A stretch of 64,000 nt of DNA from Octopus bimaculoides. Taxonomy: Eukaryota. The notes below the pieces were generated by a model. It was given only the letters and a program-made list of their open reading frames with translations, made no database searches and was not told where the DNA came from. The position numbers and the translations under genes are program-made. Numbering within the stretch: the stretch's first letter is position 1; each line of letters starts with the position of its first letter. Of the stretch, positions 11,813 through 23,712 are shown piece after piece. Where the stretch lies: contig NC_068999.1 in the NCBI RefSeq assembly GCF_001194135.2, positions 34,756,400 to 34,820,399 of the forward strand, in the 5' to 3' direction.

Positions 11813-11858
11813 AACACAACGTTTCGGCTGATGTACCCTCCAGCTTTCATCAGGTGTC
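11813..11858 (-). ncRNA. Minimal type I hammerhead ribozyme motif
   Basis: GACAC-CUGAUGA-A-AGCUG-gaggguacau-CAGCC-GAAA-CGUU/GUGUU. Core intact, stem I GACAC:GUGUU, palindromic (A)ACGU(U) stem III. The first pair of stem II is an A.C mismatch. Confidence 0.7.
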
Positions 11859-11893
11859 TTAGGAATGAGAACCCAGGTTCGAAATTTCCCCAA

Positions 11894-11939
11894 GATACCT
11901 GATAAAGGCTGGAGGATATATCAGCCGAAACATTGTGTT
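11894..11939 (+). ncRNA. Degenerate minimal hammerhead motif (partner arm)
   Basis: GAUAC-CUGAUAA-A-GGCUG-gaggauauau-CAGCC-GAAA-CAUU-GUGUU. The G8>A and G16.2>A changes are predicted to inactivate it. Confidence 0.55.
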
Positions 11940-12165
11940 AACAACAAACAAGATGAGGACAAATATCCGTCGAATGTAAATAACGTAAAGAAATCAAGTT
12001 GTCTCTTAGCCTTATGTTGCTGCAACTGTCCAAGGAACATGCAAAGTCTGACATAACTTGGTCTCAGTGTTGCTACCGTCGATCCTGTTAATGAATGCAA
12101 GGCTGACACTTTACTTCTTCTGCCAATCTGCGGCCTTAGACTGGTTACTTTGTACGACCCTAATA

Positions 12166-13474
12166 TTACGTTGTCAGATACATTTGTTCGTTTCTTTCCA
12201 ATGTTACTTGAATTAACACGAAATATATTTGTATCGTAGCGTTTAATGGTGCCTTTTTTAAAGTTCTTTTCTTTCCCTACTTAGATAAATTCTACTTCTT
12301 TTCAGGCATATGACGACGGAATGCCAGGTAGAAAAACAATGAGTATTTTCGACGCCTACTTCTCTTTCAATCAAGGTTCCAGTGCTGTCAAAGCCGCTCG
12401 AGACATTTGTGTTGAATGCAGTGAAAGAGCTATTACTGAAAGAACTGCACACAAATATTTTTTACGCTTCAAGGAGGGAAAATTCGACGTCACAATCACT
12501 TCGCATTCCGGCCGATTTGTTCAGTTCAATGAGAATAGATTGAACTAGCTTATCCGTGCCAATACCAATTAGAAAACGGTCCAGTAGATGTGAACGTTCT
12601 CGTGATACTGTCACCCATCACCTTCACTCGACGAATAATGTCCAAAACACCTCGGTGCATGGGAATTATACGCTCTGAATTTAAAAAAAAATATATAAAC
12701 TCCAAGGCTTCTCTATCATCATCAGTTTTCTCGTTCGACATCACGCTACTCGTGGACACAGAGATTTCTTTAGCGCATCGTGACTGATGATGAAACAATA
12801 AGGGTTTACGTGAAGACGAAACAGAGGAAAGAATGGCTGAGAACGAACGATTAAGCGAGTTGAGACGGAGCTGCATCTATGCAAGACACTGATCTGAGTT
12901 CGATGGAATTAAGAAAATGAAGGAGAAAGTTCAGTCATGCACGCAAATTTGGTATTACGGGTTTCCTTACACTATCATTTATTTCCCTTGAGTTTACCCC
13001 ACAACACACACCACAAAATGTTTGAAAACAACAACACGGTCAACACAGAACTTTACGTTCAGCAAATGTACCTCATCAACGAGGTAATCCAGCTGAAAGG
13101 ACCCAGCTGGTGTCATGGCCATGCTTCTTCAACTGGACAATGTTCTCTCCACGCCAAGTAAAAATGCTGTTCAAGAGCTCAGGTGGGAAGTTCTAATGTA
13201 CTCGTCTACTCTCCAACAGTCAGCGAGGGGCTCTGTTAGACAATCGTGTGGAACTGACTGAAAAGGTGACTCGATGAATCCTTCGAGTCAAGACTTGGTG
13301 ATTTCAACCGTCAACGCATTAACAAAGTCGTGGCGCGTTGGCAAGAATTGGTGAACAATGGAGAAATTATTAACTGATTTGTTAATATGGTTAATGAAAA
13401 CTAAGGATCGATATAAATGGCAAAAAACAAAAAAATAAAAACAAACAAAACGAACAAATTAATTTACAAGCCAA
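12166..13474 (+). mobile_element. Full-length decayed mariner (Mos1-like) transposon
   Basis: ~1.3 kb between TA dinucleotides. TIRs TTACGTTGTCAGATACATTTGTTCGTTT / reverse complement TTGGCTTGTAAATTAATTTGTTCGTTT. Fragments FNQGSSAVKAARDIC..ERTAHKYFLRFKEGKFD..SGR, IVTDDE and NTVNTELYVQQM, with many stops and frameshifts. Confidence 0.9.
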
Positions 13475-14001
13475 TAGAAAATTTATAGAAAATTTATTAT
13501 TTATTCGACATGAACTGATTAAGTTCAATTCCAATTGGTTCATTTACTTATCTTGGAAAGATAAGTGACAAAATTGTCACACACACACACGCACACACAT
13601 AAATATACACATACACATGTGTATGCACAGATATTCACACACACACATACATATATAATATATACATTATATATATATCCATACATAAGTTTACATACAT
13701 ATACACACACAGATACGAACAGACAGACATTATATTTACATACAGAGATACTTTACAGATATACACATATACGCATACATACGTACACACACTCACACAC
13801 ACGCACAAACACACACACAAGCACATACACATATATTGTATGCATGTACGTATCGATGTATGAATAGATGACAAAAGAAAATGGCGTTTATTTCTTTCTA
13901 ATAACCATCAAGTGGAAGAGATAGTTCAGTCTTTCACGCAAATTTGGTATTAAGGATTTCCTTACACCGCCATATATTTCCCTTGATTTCACATGCACAC
14001 A

Positions 14002-14044
<43 letters not shown>

Positions 14045-14067
14045 GGATATATTCGTGTAAGTATGCA

Positions 14068-14101
<34 letters not shown>

Positions 14102-14225
14102 ATATATATATATATATATAAGGGTATGTGAGTGCGTATATAAATATCTATATGTTTATTTATATTTGCATAGGTGTGTGTGAGTGTGCGCGTGTGTGCG
14201 CGCACGCGTTATCAATCAATCAATA

Positions 14226-14320
<95 letters not shown>

Positions 14321-14809
14321 GCCACTGTCTGTCCGTTCCCCTCTTTCTCTCTCTCATNNNNNNNNNNNNNNNNNNNNNNNNNNNNNNNNNNNNNNNNNNN
14401 NNNNNNNNNNNNNNNNNNNNNNNNNNNNNNNNNNNNNNNNNNNNNNNNNNNNNNNNNNNNNNNNNNNNNNNNNNNNNNNNNNNNNNNNNNNNNNNNNNTA
14501 TATATATATATATATATATATATATTCACGTGGAGACCTACATGTAGATGTATGTATTTATATGTATATATGTACGTTTAATCCCTATAAGGGACGCTTT
14601 ATCGCTTTAGCCACGCTAACGTTACTAAAGATGCAACATTTTATGCCTGTCGACTTCGGCCTTTCATTGGTCTGCACACCGTACATACATGTTTAATTAG
14701 TGGCAGTCAGCGGAAATTGTCCACTTTCCGCTGTCCACCATCGCTGCACGACATATGACGTGTCAGCACCCACTAAAAGGCACTGGAAGACCGATGAACG
14801 CCTCGACAA

Positions 14810-15200
14810 CAGCAGCGATAACAATGATGGTGACAATGATAATGTTGATGATGATAATGATGGTGATAGTGATGATCATGATAATGATGATGGGGGTAGT
14901 GGTGGTGGTGGTGGTAGTGGTGGTGCTGATAATGATGATGATCATGGAGATAGTGGTGCTGGAGGTTGTGACAATGATGATGATTAAGGTGGTGGCTGAG
15001 AGTAATGATGACAGAAGTAGCATCGCTGGTAGAGATGGTCGTGATGAGAAGGAGGTGAAAGAGTAGGACGAGGACGACGACAATGGTGGTTGATGATGAC
15101 GATGGTGATGATGATGACGATGACGTCGACAAAGACGATGACGTCGACAAAGACGATGACAATGAAGATGACGACAACTATGATGATGATGATGACGCTA
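14810..15200. repeat. (GAT)n/(GGT)n-rich compound microsatellite
   Basis: Visible directly. Confidence 0.9.
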
Positions 15201-15493
15201 TCTCATTGTGCTAAGAATTGAGACCTGTTAAATTCCTCGTACCATTTGCCCTTACGGTATTTCAAATTCTTATTCAAGTGGCTTTTAGCATTCGTAGTCT
15301 ATAAATTTTAATGATAGACCCTGTTCTGCCCAATAAATCTATTTTCACGCAAATATATGTGGACCTGTCGACACCTGCAGAGGTCGACGCAAATATATAG
15401 TGCAATGTTTTCGCGAAGTTTTGCAGTTTCAAATTTTCTTCCTTTCCAGCATGCGGATACTTACTTCGAACATACAGTCTTTCTGTCTGTCTG

Positions 15494-15552
<59 letters not shown>

Positions 15553-15610
15553 TAAGGACATACACACACTCACATGCTCAATGTATTATATAGAGGGTGG
15601 ATAGAATATT

Positions 15611-15842
15611 CTTCTCTGCTGCAGGCAGAAAGACTGAAATCTTGCAGGAAGAGACTAGTTGATTTCAACGACTCCAGTGTTTCACTGGTACATAATTTAT
15701 CGATCCCGAAAGGACGAAAGGCAAAATCGACCTCGGTGGAATTTGAACTCAGAACGTAACGACGGACGAATTACCGCTAAGCGCTAATTCAGAGCGCTAA
15801 GCGCTAATTCAGAGCGCTAACGATTCTGCCAGCTCACCGACT
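15611..15842 (-). mobile_element. SINE A, full length, tail type 1, 18-bp TSD
   Basis: GAGGGTGGATAGAATATT at 15593-15610 and 15843-15860. Internal tandem duplication of GCGCTAATTCAGAGCGCTAA. Confidence 0.9.
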
Positions 15843-16221
15843 GAGGGTGGATAGAATATTAGAAACATCACTTTTCATTTAATTATTTTTTCCTATTGAC
15901 AATATGACACATCCAAAACAGTACTAGCCTGCATACTGGATGGGCCAAAAGTCACGCACAAAATAAGTTCAGTGCGCTCCGGAATTGTCAGACATGCATC
16001 AATTTATCCAAAACTGAATAACATAAATAAAATAGTGATGTATAAACATGTATTTGTACATAATGGACAAAATAGACAGTAATAATAATTACGTAATATA
16101 AATTAAATGTCATGTTTTGGTGCGTTACGTTTGACCCATACTATATGCATTTATGTGTAATTAAGTATGTCTTGTGCTTCATAAATTAACTCTAGTTTTC
16201 TTTTTCTCTTTTTTGTAGATA

Positions 16222-16560
16222 TCTGTCTATCATAATAAAAGCGAAATTCTGTCTGCCTGGGACGCCTGTATCTCAGTCTACATTTGCTCTACATAGACGT
16301 ATTAAGCTTTTTTGGAATCAAGATGATCCCGGATTGAAAATCGGCTCTTCATTTCGTTCTTGAACATTCAAAATTGTGATATGATTTAAAAGCATTTGGG
16401 TCGCTACTTCTAACAGGCAAATCTTGGCTGACTCATACCATCTTGGTTGGCGTTTGTCAGATAACGTCAGAGATAAAAGGGGAGATAAATGACATTCGCT
16501 CTGTTAATTTTACGTCGAGATAAGAACTTTGAAATAAATTGGCCAACAACTGGAATTCAA
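16222..16560 (+). mobile_element. Probable 5' part of a non-autonomous Helitron-like element
   Basis: A|TCTGTCTATCATAATAAAAGCGAAATTCTGTCTG start, sharing GAAATTCTGTCTG with the element at 55130. 3' end not found. Confidence 0.4.
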
Positions 16561-16687
16561 CTTGAGGCTTGAACTATAGAATGATTGCATTACAGAATTC
16601 TCATACGTCCTTAATCTCTGATCAAACAGCACGGACATATAATCATTATGGACACAGTCTTCAGTTTTTGGCTGCAGGCCCTATTAA

Positions 16688-16850
16688 CCCTCCACAGGAG
16701 GCTGCTTAAAAGTCAGCTCGGAGTGCGGCTTTTAAGTTAGTATTTAAATAAGTTGAAATGCATGACGTCTGAATTCCAAAACACAAGGTTTTGGAGCACA
16801 GTTGACTGGATTTTCAATGACCAAAGCTGCTGAATCTGAACGCTAAAGAG
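16688..16850. mobile_element. TTAA-flanked (piggyBac-type) MITE 1
   Basis: TTAA|CCCT...GAACGCTAAAGAG|TTAA. Confidence 0.6.
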
Positions 16851-16854
16851 TTAA

Positions 16855-17067
16855 TCCTAAGCGATCAGATTTCTCTGTCAAATGTAATGTTTATTTATTC
16901 ACATTGTTTTGAATTTACCCTGCATAATTTTGTAGTCTTGTGATTTGGAGGATGTAATTGTTTATGCTTAAAATTGACATTCTAGGGTATGTGTGAGAGA
17001 CCAGACCTGGTCAGTTCTAACATAAACCACGTAGAATATTTGTCCCGGATATTTAAAAGCTAAAGGG
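16855..17067. mobile_element. TTAA-flanked (piggyBac-type) MITE 2
   Basis: TTAA|TCCTAAGCGATCAGATTTCTCTGTCAAATG...AAGCTAAAGGG|TTAA. A homologous copy lies at 38150-38335. Confidence 0.75.
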
Positions 17068-17139
17068 TTAATGTTTCGAAGATACGGTCCCTGAAATCAT
17101 ATCGCCATTGCAAAACTGAGGTAAATAAAACTCGATACC

Positions 17140-17935
17140 ATGGGAGGACTGCAATTACTAAACCTCAATAAGGGGAATAATGGTATCTTGACTATCAGAA
17201 GTGGTCCATGGACAATAGGTCAATTGAACAATGTCATCTCTACTAAATCATCCTTCATCCATTTTCACCTCTCCAGGGCAAGTTTATGTGTGAAGACATC
17301 CGAAAGAAGTCTTCAACCCTGACACTTTGGCTCCTACTGTGACGCTTGGAGGTGGCTCTTTGATGATTTGGGCAACCATGTAGCGAAATTTTATTGGTTC
17401 TTTAGTTGTTCTACATGACAATGTTGACGCTGTGAATTATCTTAGTATTTTGGCTGATCATGCTGCTATTCTTTTAACGGTTTCAGTCGTAGGACTTCGG
17501 TCATGGTGGAGTACCACCTTATTCATCTTATGGTACAAACTTGATTCCTGTAGGTAGCGCAATCTTCCAGGTTTAAAATGCACTTACTGTTTTACACGAC
17601 TTACATTTTTCAAAATTGGTTATGAAGAACGCAGTTAATACGAAGATCACAAAAGTGAAGTCCACTACTTAGATTGCAATTCCCACCCTACAATCACCCA
17701 CCGGATCTCAATATAATTGAACATTTACGGTGCATTTTAGAGCAGCTAGTGAGCAGCCGCTTCCCTCCACCATCATCGCTGAAAGAGGCATGGCCGGTTT
17801 AACGTGAATAACAGCTCAAAGTTCTCCTACCAATCGTTCAGAACTTGTATGGATCAATTTCGCGAAGTTTTAAGAGTGTGACTGATGCTAAAAGTGGACC
17901 AACCACTGTGCATAATTTCGAACTTATTCTTGAAA
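17140..17935 (+). pseudogene. Decayed Tc1 (DD34E-type) transposase fragment
   Basis: Translates to WTIGQLNNVISTKSSF / QVYV*RHPKEVFNPDTLAPTVTLGGGSLMIWA..VNYLSILADH / PDLNIIEHLRCILEQLVSSRFPPPSSLKE. Interrupted by a SINE B tail fragment at ~17480-17525. Confidence 0.85.
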
Positions 17936-18067
17936 ATAATGCTGATGGTGACTATTATGATGACCCGCTCAGAAGGAAGTCGTGACCTGACACAGATAGA
18001 GGACTAATATAAAATAACAACAGCTGAACTAAGAAAGTACATTGATCTAGGTGTGTATGTATTAAAC

Positions 18068-18132
<65 letters not shown>

Positions 18133-18165
18133 GATAAATAGATAGATAGATATATAAATAAATAA

Positions 18166-18199
<34 letters not shown>

Positions 18200-18249
18200 G
18201 AATAAATAGATAAATAAATAGATAGATAGAAAGAAAGATAGATAGATAG

Positions 18250-18281
18250 GTTTCTTTATTAGCCACACAGGGCTCAACACA
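18250..18281 (-). mobile_element. Tail-type-2 fragment inside a (GATA)n array, remainder lost in gap
   Basis: Reverse complement TGTGTTGAGCCCTGTGTGGCTAATAAAGAAAC, homologous to the 1400 SINE tail and the L1/Tx1 3' end. Confidence 0.65.
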
Positions 18282-18381
18282 NNNNNNNNNNNNNNNNNNN
18301 NNNNNNNNNNNNNNNNNNNNNNNNNNNNNNNNNNNNNNNNNNNNNNNNNNNNNNNNNNNNNNNNNNNNNNNNNNNNNNNNN

Positions 18382-18426
<45 letters not shown>

Positions 18427-19005
18427 AATCCGTCAATATTCATACCCAGTCCTGTACTTATAACCATCCGAGTGTTTTACAGAGATTCCCCATTTTAACA
18501 ACAACAACAACAACAACAACAAAATCAACAACAACGCTAACAAGAAAACAAACGGCAACAAAAGCGATAGTTATTGCCTGTCGTCTACCTTAATTGCACC
18601 TGACTACTATTAATTAAACATCCTAATTAGTGTGATTTGTGAATTCAAAAGGTGAGTATGTGTGAGGGTTTGGGTTGTGGTGCTATGAGGAGAGACTCTT
18701 TAATGTGATTAAAGATTTAAAGTGAAGTCATTCAAAGATAACTTCTGACATTCGTGTTTGTTATAGTAGTTGCAGTTGTCCTAGTTTTGTAGTTTTTATT
18801 GTTGTAGTCAATGTTGTCGGTCTGGTGCTGTGGCCGTTGCTGTTGCTGTTGTTGTTATAGTGGCTGGAGCAGTTTTTATTGTTGTAGTTGTTGCTGATGT
18901 TGTTACTGTTGTTTTTGCTGTAGTTGTAGCTAAATTGGCAGGTTTCGTAATAGTAGTAGTGGTGGTGCTGCTGATAGTAGCATTAGTAGTAGGAGTAGTA
19001 GTGGA

Positions 19006-19074
<69 letters not shown>

Positions 19075-19275
19075 GGTGGTGGTGGTGGTAGTAGTGGTGG
19101 TGGTGGTGGTGGTGGTATTAGTAGTAGTAGTAGTAGAAGTAGTGGTGGTAGTGGTNNNNNNNNNNGATGTTGTTACTGTTGTTTTTGCTGTAGTTGTAGC
19201 TAAATTGGCAGGTTTCGTAATAGTAGTAGTGGTGGTGCTGCTGATAGTAGCATTAGTAGTAGGAGTAGTAGTGGA

Positions 19276-19320
<45 letters not shown>

Positions 19321-19634
19321 TATTGTTGTAGTTGTGGTTGCTGAAGTTGTTACTGTTTTAATTGTTGCTACTGTTTGTCGTCAATGTTTTATTTCTGACC
19401 GTAGAAGCAGTTCTTGTTGCTCTTATTGTTATTGGCGCTACTGCAGTTGTTGTTGTTGTTGATGTTGTTGCTGCCACTGCTGCTGTTGTTTTGGCTGTTG
19501 TTTCTGATGTTGTTATTTAAATGCTAACTTCCACACATGCTTTTATATAAATGAAAAGTCATTTGCGATTAAAAATAAAAGGTGAGAATTTTCTCGAATA
19601 TGTCCTTCCATAGATTATGCATTCCTAAATATTG

Positions 19635-19859
19635 ATTTCAAATTTTGGCACAAGTCCAGCAATTACAGGGAGGCAGGAGAAGGGAGGTGGGTAAGTCGGA
19701 TACATCGACCCCAATGCACAAGTGATACTTATTTTATCGACCTTGAAAGGACGAAAAGCAAGGTCGGCCTCGGTAGAATTTGAACTCAGAACGTTAAAAC
19801 GGAGGAAATTCCACTAAGCATTTTACTCGGCGTATTAACTATTCTGTTGGCCCACCTGC
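19635..19859 (-). mobile_element. SINE A, tail type 3, ~20-bp TSD
   Basis: TTATGCATTCCTAAATATTG (19615-19634) versus TTATGTATTCCTTAATATTG (19860-19879). Confidence 0.85.
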
Positions 19860-20023
19860 TTATGTATTCCTTAATATTGCAGCCAAGTTTGGAAGCAGTA
19901 ACCAATGCAGAAGTCACTGGAAAGAAAAAAAAAACTTTTTTTTGAGCTTTTATATAACTCAGAAAATTAGATAGTTACCATTTTTAAATCTCACAACGTG
20001 AGATATTCAGCAACAGTACTTTG

Positions 20024-20419
20024 TAGTAAAGATTGTTTGCCAACATAACATGGCAGTCCTGGTTTAGGACGAATGTTGCTGTAATTTAGCCCCAGAAGAC
20101 ATCGTCTCCAGCTGGCTATACGACACGATCTGTGTCCTTATATTTTCGAACAAGGGAATCTAGCACCCCAACTCAGCTAAAAGCAATATCTGTGTATCAG
20201 CACAATTATTCTGTGTTGGTGAAGGGAAATAACCCGGAAATCGCGATACACAGATATTGCTTTGAGCTGAGTGGGGGTGCTAAATTCCCTTGTTCGAAAA
20301 TATAAGGACACAGATCGTATTGTATAGCCAGCTGGAAACGATGTCTCCTGGGGCTAAATTACAGCAACAGTCGTCCTAAGCCAGGACTGCCATGTTATGT
20401 TGGCAAACAATCTTTACTA
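20024..20419. mobile_element. Foldback MITE with 175-bp inverted arms and TA ends
   Basis: 20024-20198 is the reverse complement of 20245-20419 (9 mismatches by manual alignment), with a 46-nt loop. Confidence 0.9.
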
Positions 20420-20717
20420 AAACTCAGAAAATGTTTAATTTTTGATATTGAGGAATCATAACAATAAACTATCCTACATTTTGTAAAATTTCTACATAAA
20501 AAGTAAAATAATCTTTGGTGCTTCTCTCAGTGGGTCTATTTATGTACAACTTACACGTATAATAGTTCAAAACTTTGCACCTTTGTACTCCTTGACATTG
20601 TCAGTACGATCAGAGCATAACAGAAAAAAAAAGCATGAACTTTTCAAAGCATATGTCCTTTCAAGAAGAGTTTCTTCACTCACTTTTGAAAATTGCTGTT
20701 TTGCTTTATGAAGTTTT

Positions 20718-20869
20718 GCAGGTGTGGCTGTGTGGTAAGAAGCTTGCTTCCCAACCGGGTTCAGTCCCACTGCATGGCACTTTGGGCAAGTGTCCTCTAC
20801 TGTTGCCTCGGGCCAACCAAAGCCTTGTGAGTGGATCTGGTAGGCGGAAACTGAAAGAACACCGTCGTA

Positions 20870-20901
<32 letters not shown>

Positions 20902-21134
20902 ACAATGTGTGGATGTGTCTGTCTTTGAATCTGTGTTAGTCCCTCACCACTGCTTGACAACTGCTGTTAGTTTGTTAACGTCTCCGTAACATCAGTGGTT
21001 CAGCAAAAGAATATGTATCAGACTTGTAAGAAAATGAGATCTGGGGTCGATTCATTTGACTAAAAGTTCTCCAAGGCGGTGCCCCAGGATGGCCGCAGTC
21101 TAATGACTGTTGCAGATAAAAAAAAATAAAAGAT
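20718..21134 (+). mobile_element. SINE B with internal (TATC)n
   Basis: Family B head and tail. The internal repeat at 20868-20901 is (TATC)n rather than (TA)n. Confidence 0.85.
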
Positions 21135-21584
21135 ATTCCTGCTTGACTAGTTTCTGATAATTAATAGCCCCACCTTTCAGGAAGATACAACAGTCACATA
21201 TCTTGATTTCAAAAATGGCTTCGTTCAACAGCTAGAATCTTCTGGATTATTTTGGTTTAGAATTTGTATATAATTAATTTTTTTTTTTTTGCGAGGAAGG
21301 GTTTGACTGATTAAAAAAGATTGGACATTTAAAAAAAAATCTATAAAATCCAAGCATTCAACCGGTGTGCTCAGATTTTCTGCATAATGACAATAGCAGA
21401 CAAGAAATTGATGGAGTATAGTTATCTTCAATAATATTTGTATATAATAGAGGATGGCGTTCGAAAAAGTAGCCCGGATTCCGTAGCATAGTGTAAGTAC
21501 AGAAATAAATCTACACATACGAAAAAGCACCCATCCTTTCACTTGTAAGTGTCTTTGTGTTATTTCGGCCGAAAAGTAAGCTTT

Positions 21585-21923
21585 TAATTGCTGTACACAT
21601 GTGAAATGATATGGCTTGAACTTTAGACTTTTCAATACCTGTTGGCATGACCTCCTGCATATGTGTGACTGCTGCACCAATTTACGTATTAACTTCTTTG
21701 AACATCGAGTAATTATTTGGCCAACGTCCTAAACAACGTCCGGCGGAGGCGTTGTGCACCGACCCCATAGCGCACCACTTCTTCACTAACGTTTGTATCG
21801 TTCTCTTTACCAGGAAGCCTTTATCCAAAAACTTGACTTCAAAAAGTCACCTGTTTGCTGAATAGAACCCTTTCTCATATACGCTTCCACAATCTCCACT
21901 CTTTCCACTAATGAGTAAGCCAT
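21585..21923 (-). pseudogene. N-terminal fragment of a Tc1/mariner-superfamily transposase of the DUF4817 HTH type
   Basis: MAYSLVERVEIVEAYMRKGSIQQT / KRTIQTLVKKWCAMGSVHNA / SCQQVLKSLKFKPYHFTCVQQLK, frameshifted. Confidence 0.75.
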
Positions 21924-22420
21924 CTTGGAGAAAAGGCTAGAGATGTTCAATCAAAGCAATCTTACAATCAGCTAACGTGATGAGGATGCGGTGAGGATAA
22001 CGTAGCCAACAGTCGACTAGTGTGCCATCTTTGTTCAACAGTTACAAACGGTAGAGATGACACAATGGTACTTACAAATGGTACTTGGGTGTTCTTTCGC
22101 ATGTGTAAATAAATTTCTGTATTTACAATGATACGGAACTCGTATATTGAAACAAAGCATTACTATTGACAATATCACTATTTTCAAATATAAGAAAACA
22201 TAGACTTAAAATTGAAGTGTTATGAAAGATGATAACAACACTGAGATAACATTAAATGTATAAATAATAATGAAAAAGACACTGAAACTTTATCTTAGAA
22301 ATACTGAAGTAGTTTTGATATTTCGAGTAAAAACTCTTTTACAATCGCTTTAAATAGCATGAGATATATAGAGAGATTCATCAATGTTTAAACCAAACAG
22401 CGGCGCTCTTATATAACAGG

Positions 22421-22426
22421 TTTATT
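22421..22426 (-). promoter_or_regulatory. Candidate polyadenylation signal of the minus-strand gene
   Basis: AATAAA on the minus strand ~660 nt after the predicted stop, followed by a GT-rich stretch (CTGTTTGGTTT). The intervening sequence is unique and U-rich on that strand. Confidence 0.35.
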
Positions 22427-23083
22427 AAGGAATATAAATCCAGTTAATAATTTGAAGCATAATTGTGCCTTATTGGCAAAATTGATTTTCGAATATATTG
22501 CTACCTAATTAACATATTTAAATGGACATTGAACTGGTTGCTTTTGTAAGTAAAGACGACTTTATACAAAATGCCATTGCACTGTTTGATCCGTGTACCA
22601 TTTACAAAACTTGCATTTCATTTACGAATGTTAAATGAAAAAAAAAACACAAAGAAAACAAATAAGCTTATTTCGACTTGCCAATACATGATGAAATTCT
22701 TCCGTGAGAATTTCAAAGATATGCATTAGGAGATTGCTGTTGAACATGCATCTCCTGATGTATGTCAGCAATCGTCAATCTACAGCAGTTTCATTATTTG
22801 CAGTTATTACCTATTATGTATAGCCAACCGAACGAACGAATCTGCAGTTTGAAAAGCTATCTCTGTTTTACTTAACGTAAATTAACGCACGCACAACACT
22901 CGGATTGAGTGAGTGTGTCTGTGTATGTGTGTTAATAAAAGACAACTGTAAATTATTAACAGCGGCATTAAAGGAGCCAAGAACATTCAGAATATCGTAG
23001 GATGATCGACTGCCTACCACCACCTCCACCATTCACCCCCACTGTATGTCATCAATTGTCCGGCAAATGACTTAGTATTTCCA

Positions 23084-23142
23084 TCAGGAAGGAATTGTTA
23101 AATGTTTGACTGGTGAGGGCGAATGGCTTGTTGTTAACCTTT
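23084..23142 (-). CDS. Terminal coding exon (E)RLTTSHSPSPVKHLTIPS* of an unidentified gene
   Basis: Very strong acceptor ttttttttctctctcttttcag|. Phase 1 matches the upstream exon. TGA at 23086-23084. Confidence 0.6.
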
Positions 23143-23627
23143 CTGAAAAGAGAGAGAAAAAAAAATGAGAGGAAAAAAAAAAAAGAAATAAAAAAGTTAA
23201 GTAGAAATGGAGATAAAGAGATGAACGAAATAAAAACTACAAAAGTAATAGATTATAGTTATAAATGACGAATAAATGTGAAGTGTTATTTTACAATATT
23301 GTTGAGTCTAGTTCATAAAACAGACCGAAACATATTCACTAATAAAACGCGGAACAGTTCTGGACAATTAAAATCTTTCAGGAACATAAGAACAAAAAGT
23401 ATAACAAGAATAACAAGAACTACATTTAACTGCAGTAACACCAACAGTAACAGCAATAACAACGACAATAGCAATAACCTTAACGTGGCTAACTAAAAAG
23501 AAACAACAAAGGCAGAAGACATCAATAAAGCCAAAAAGAATACAAGAAAAAAAGAAAAGAAGGGAGATAAATTGAAGAGTGATAATAGAATTACTCAGCT
23601 ACACAGAAGACCCGTTAAATACCATAC

Positions 23628-23712
23628 CTCTTTGATTTTTTATTAACGCATTTATATATTCTCGTTTATTTTGTGGAGTGAGAGGACGGCAGCGACGGGT
23701 TTCGGCTTGGTG
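23628..23712 (-). CDS. Internal exon HQAETRRCRPLTPQNKREYINALIKNQR
   Basis: atccatcag| acceptor, GAG|gtatgg donor, 85 nt. Only the phase-0 frame is open, and it ends in phase 1. Confidence 0.65.

Larger units (their letters stand above)
11725..11988. mobile_element. Inverted dimer of Penelope-type pLTR ends (family H2) with 12-bp TSD
   Basis: Arms 11763-11860 and 11892-11989 are reverse complements (9 differences in 98 nt, all transitions) around a 31-nt loop. AGAAATCAAGTT occurs at 11713-11724 and 11989-12000. Confidence 0.8.

Noticed and set aside
18897-19305. Exact ~140-bp direct duplication
   Set aside because: The copies flank an 11-N gap, typical of overlapping contig ends left unmerged.
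23628-23712. Resemblance of RRCRPLTPQNKREYINAL to the tyrosinase N-terminal RKExRxL..Y..A motif or to a HECT segment
   Set aside because: The protein ends about 20 residues later with no copper-binding histidines or HECT C-lobe, so no symbol was assigned.
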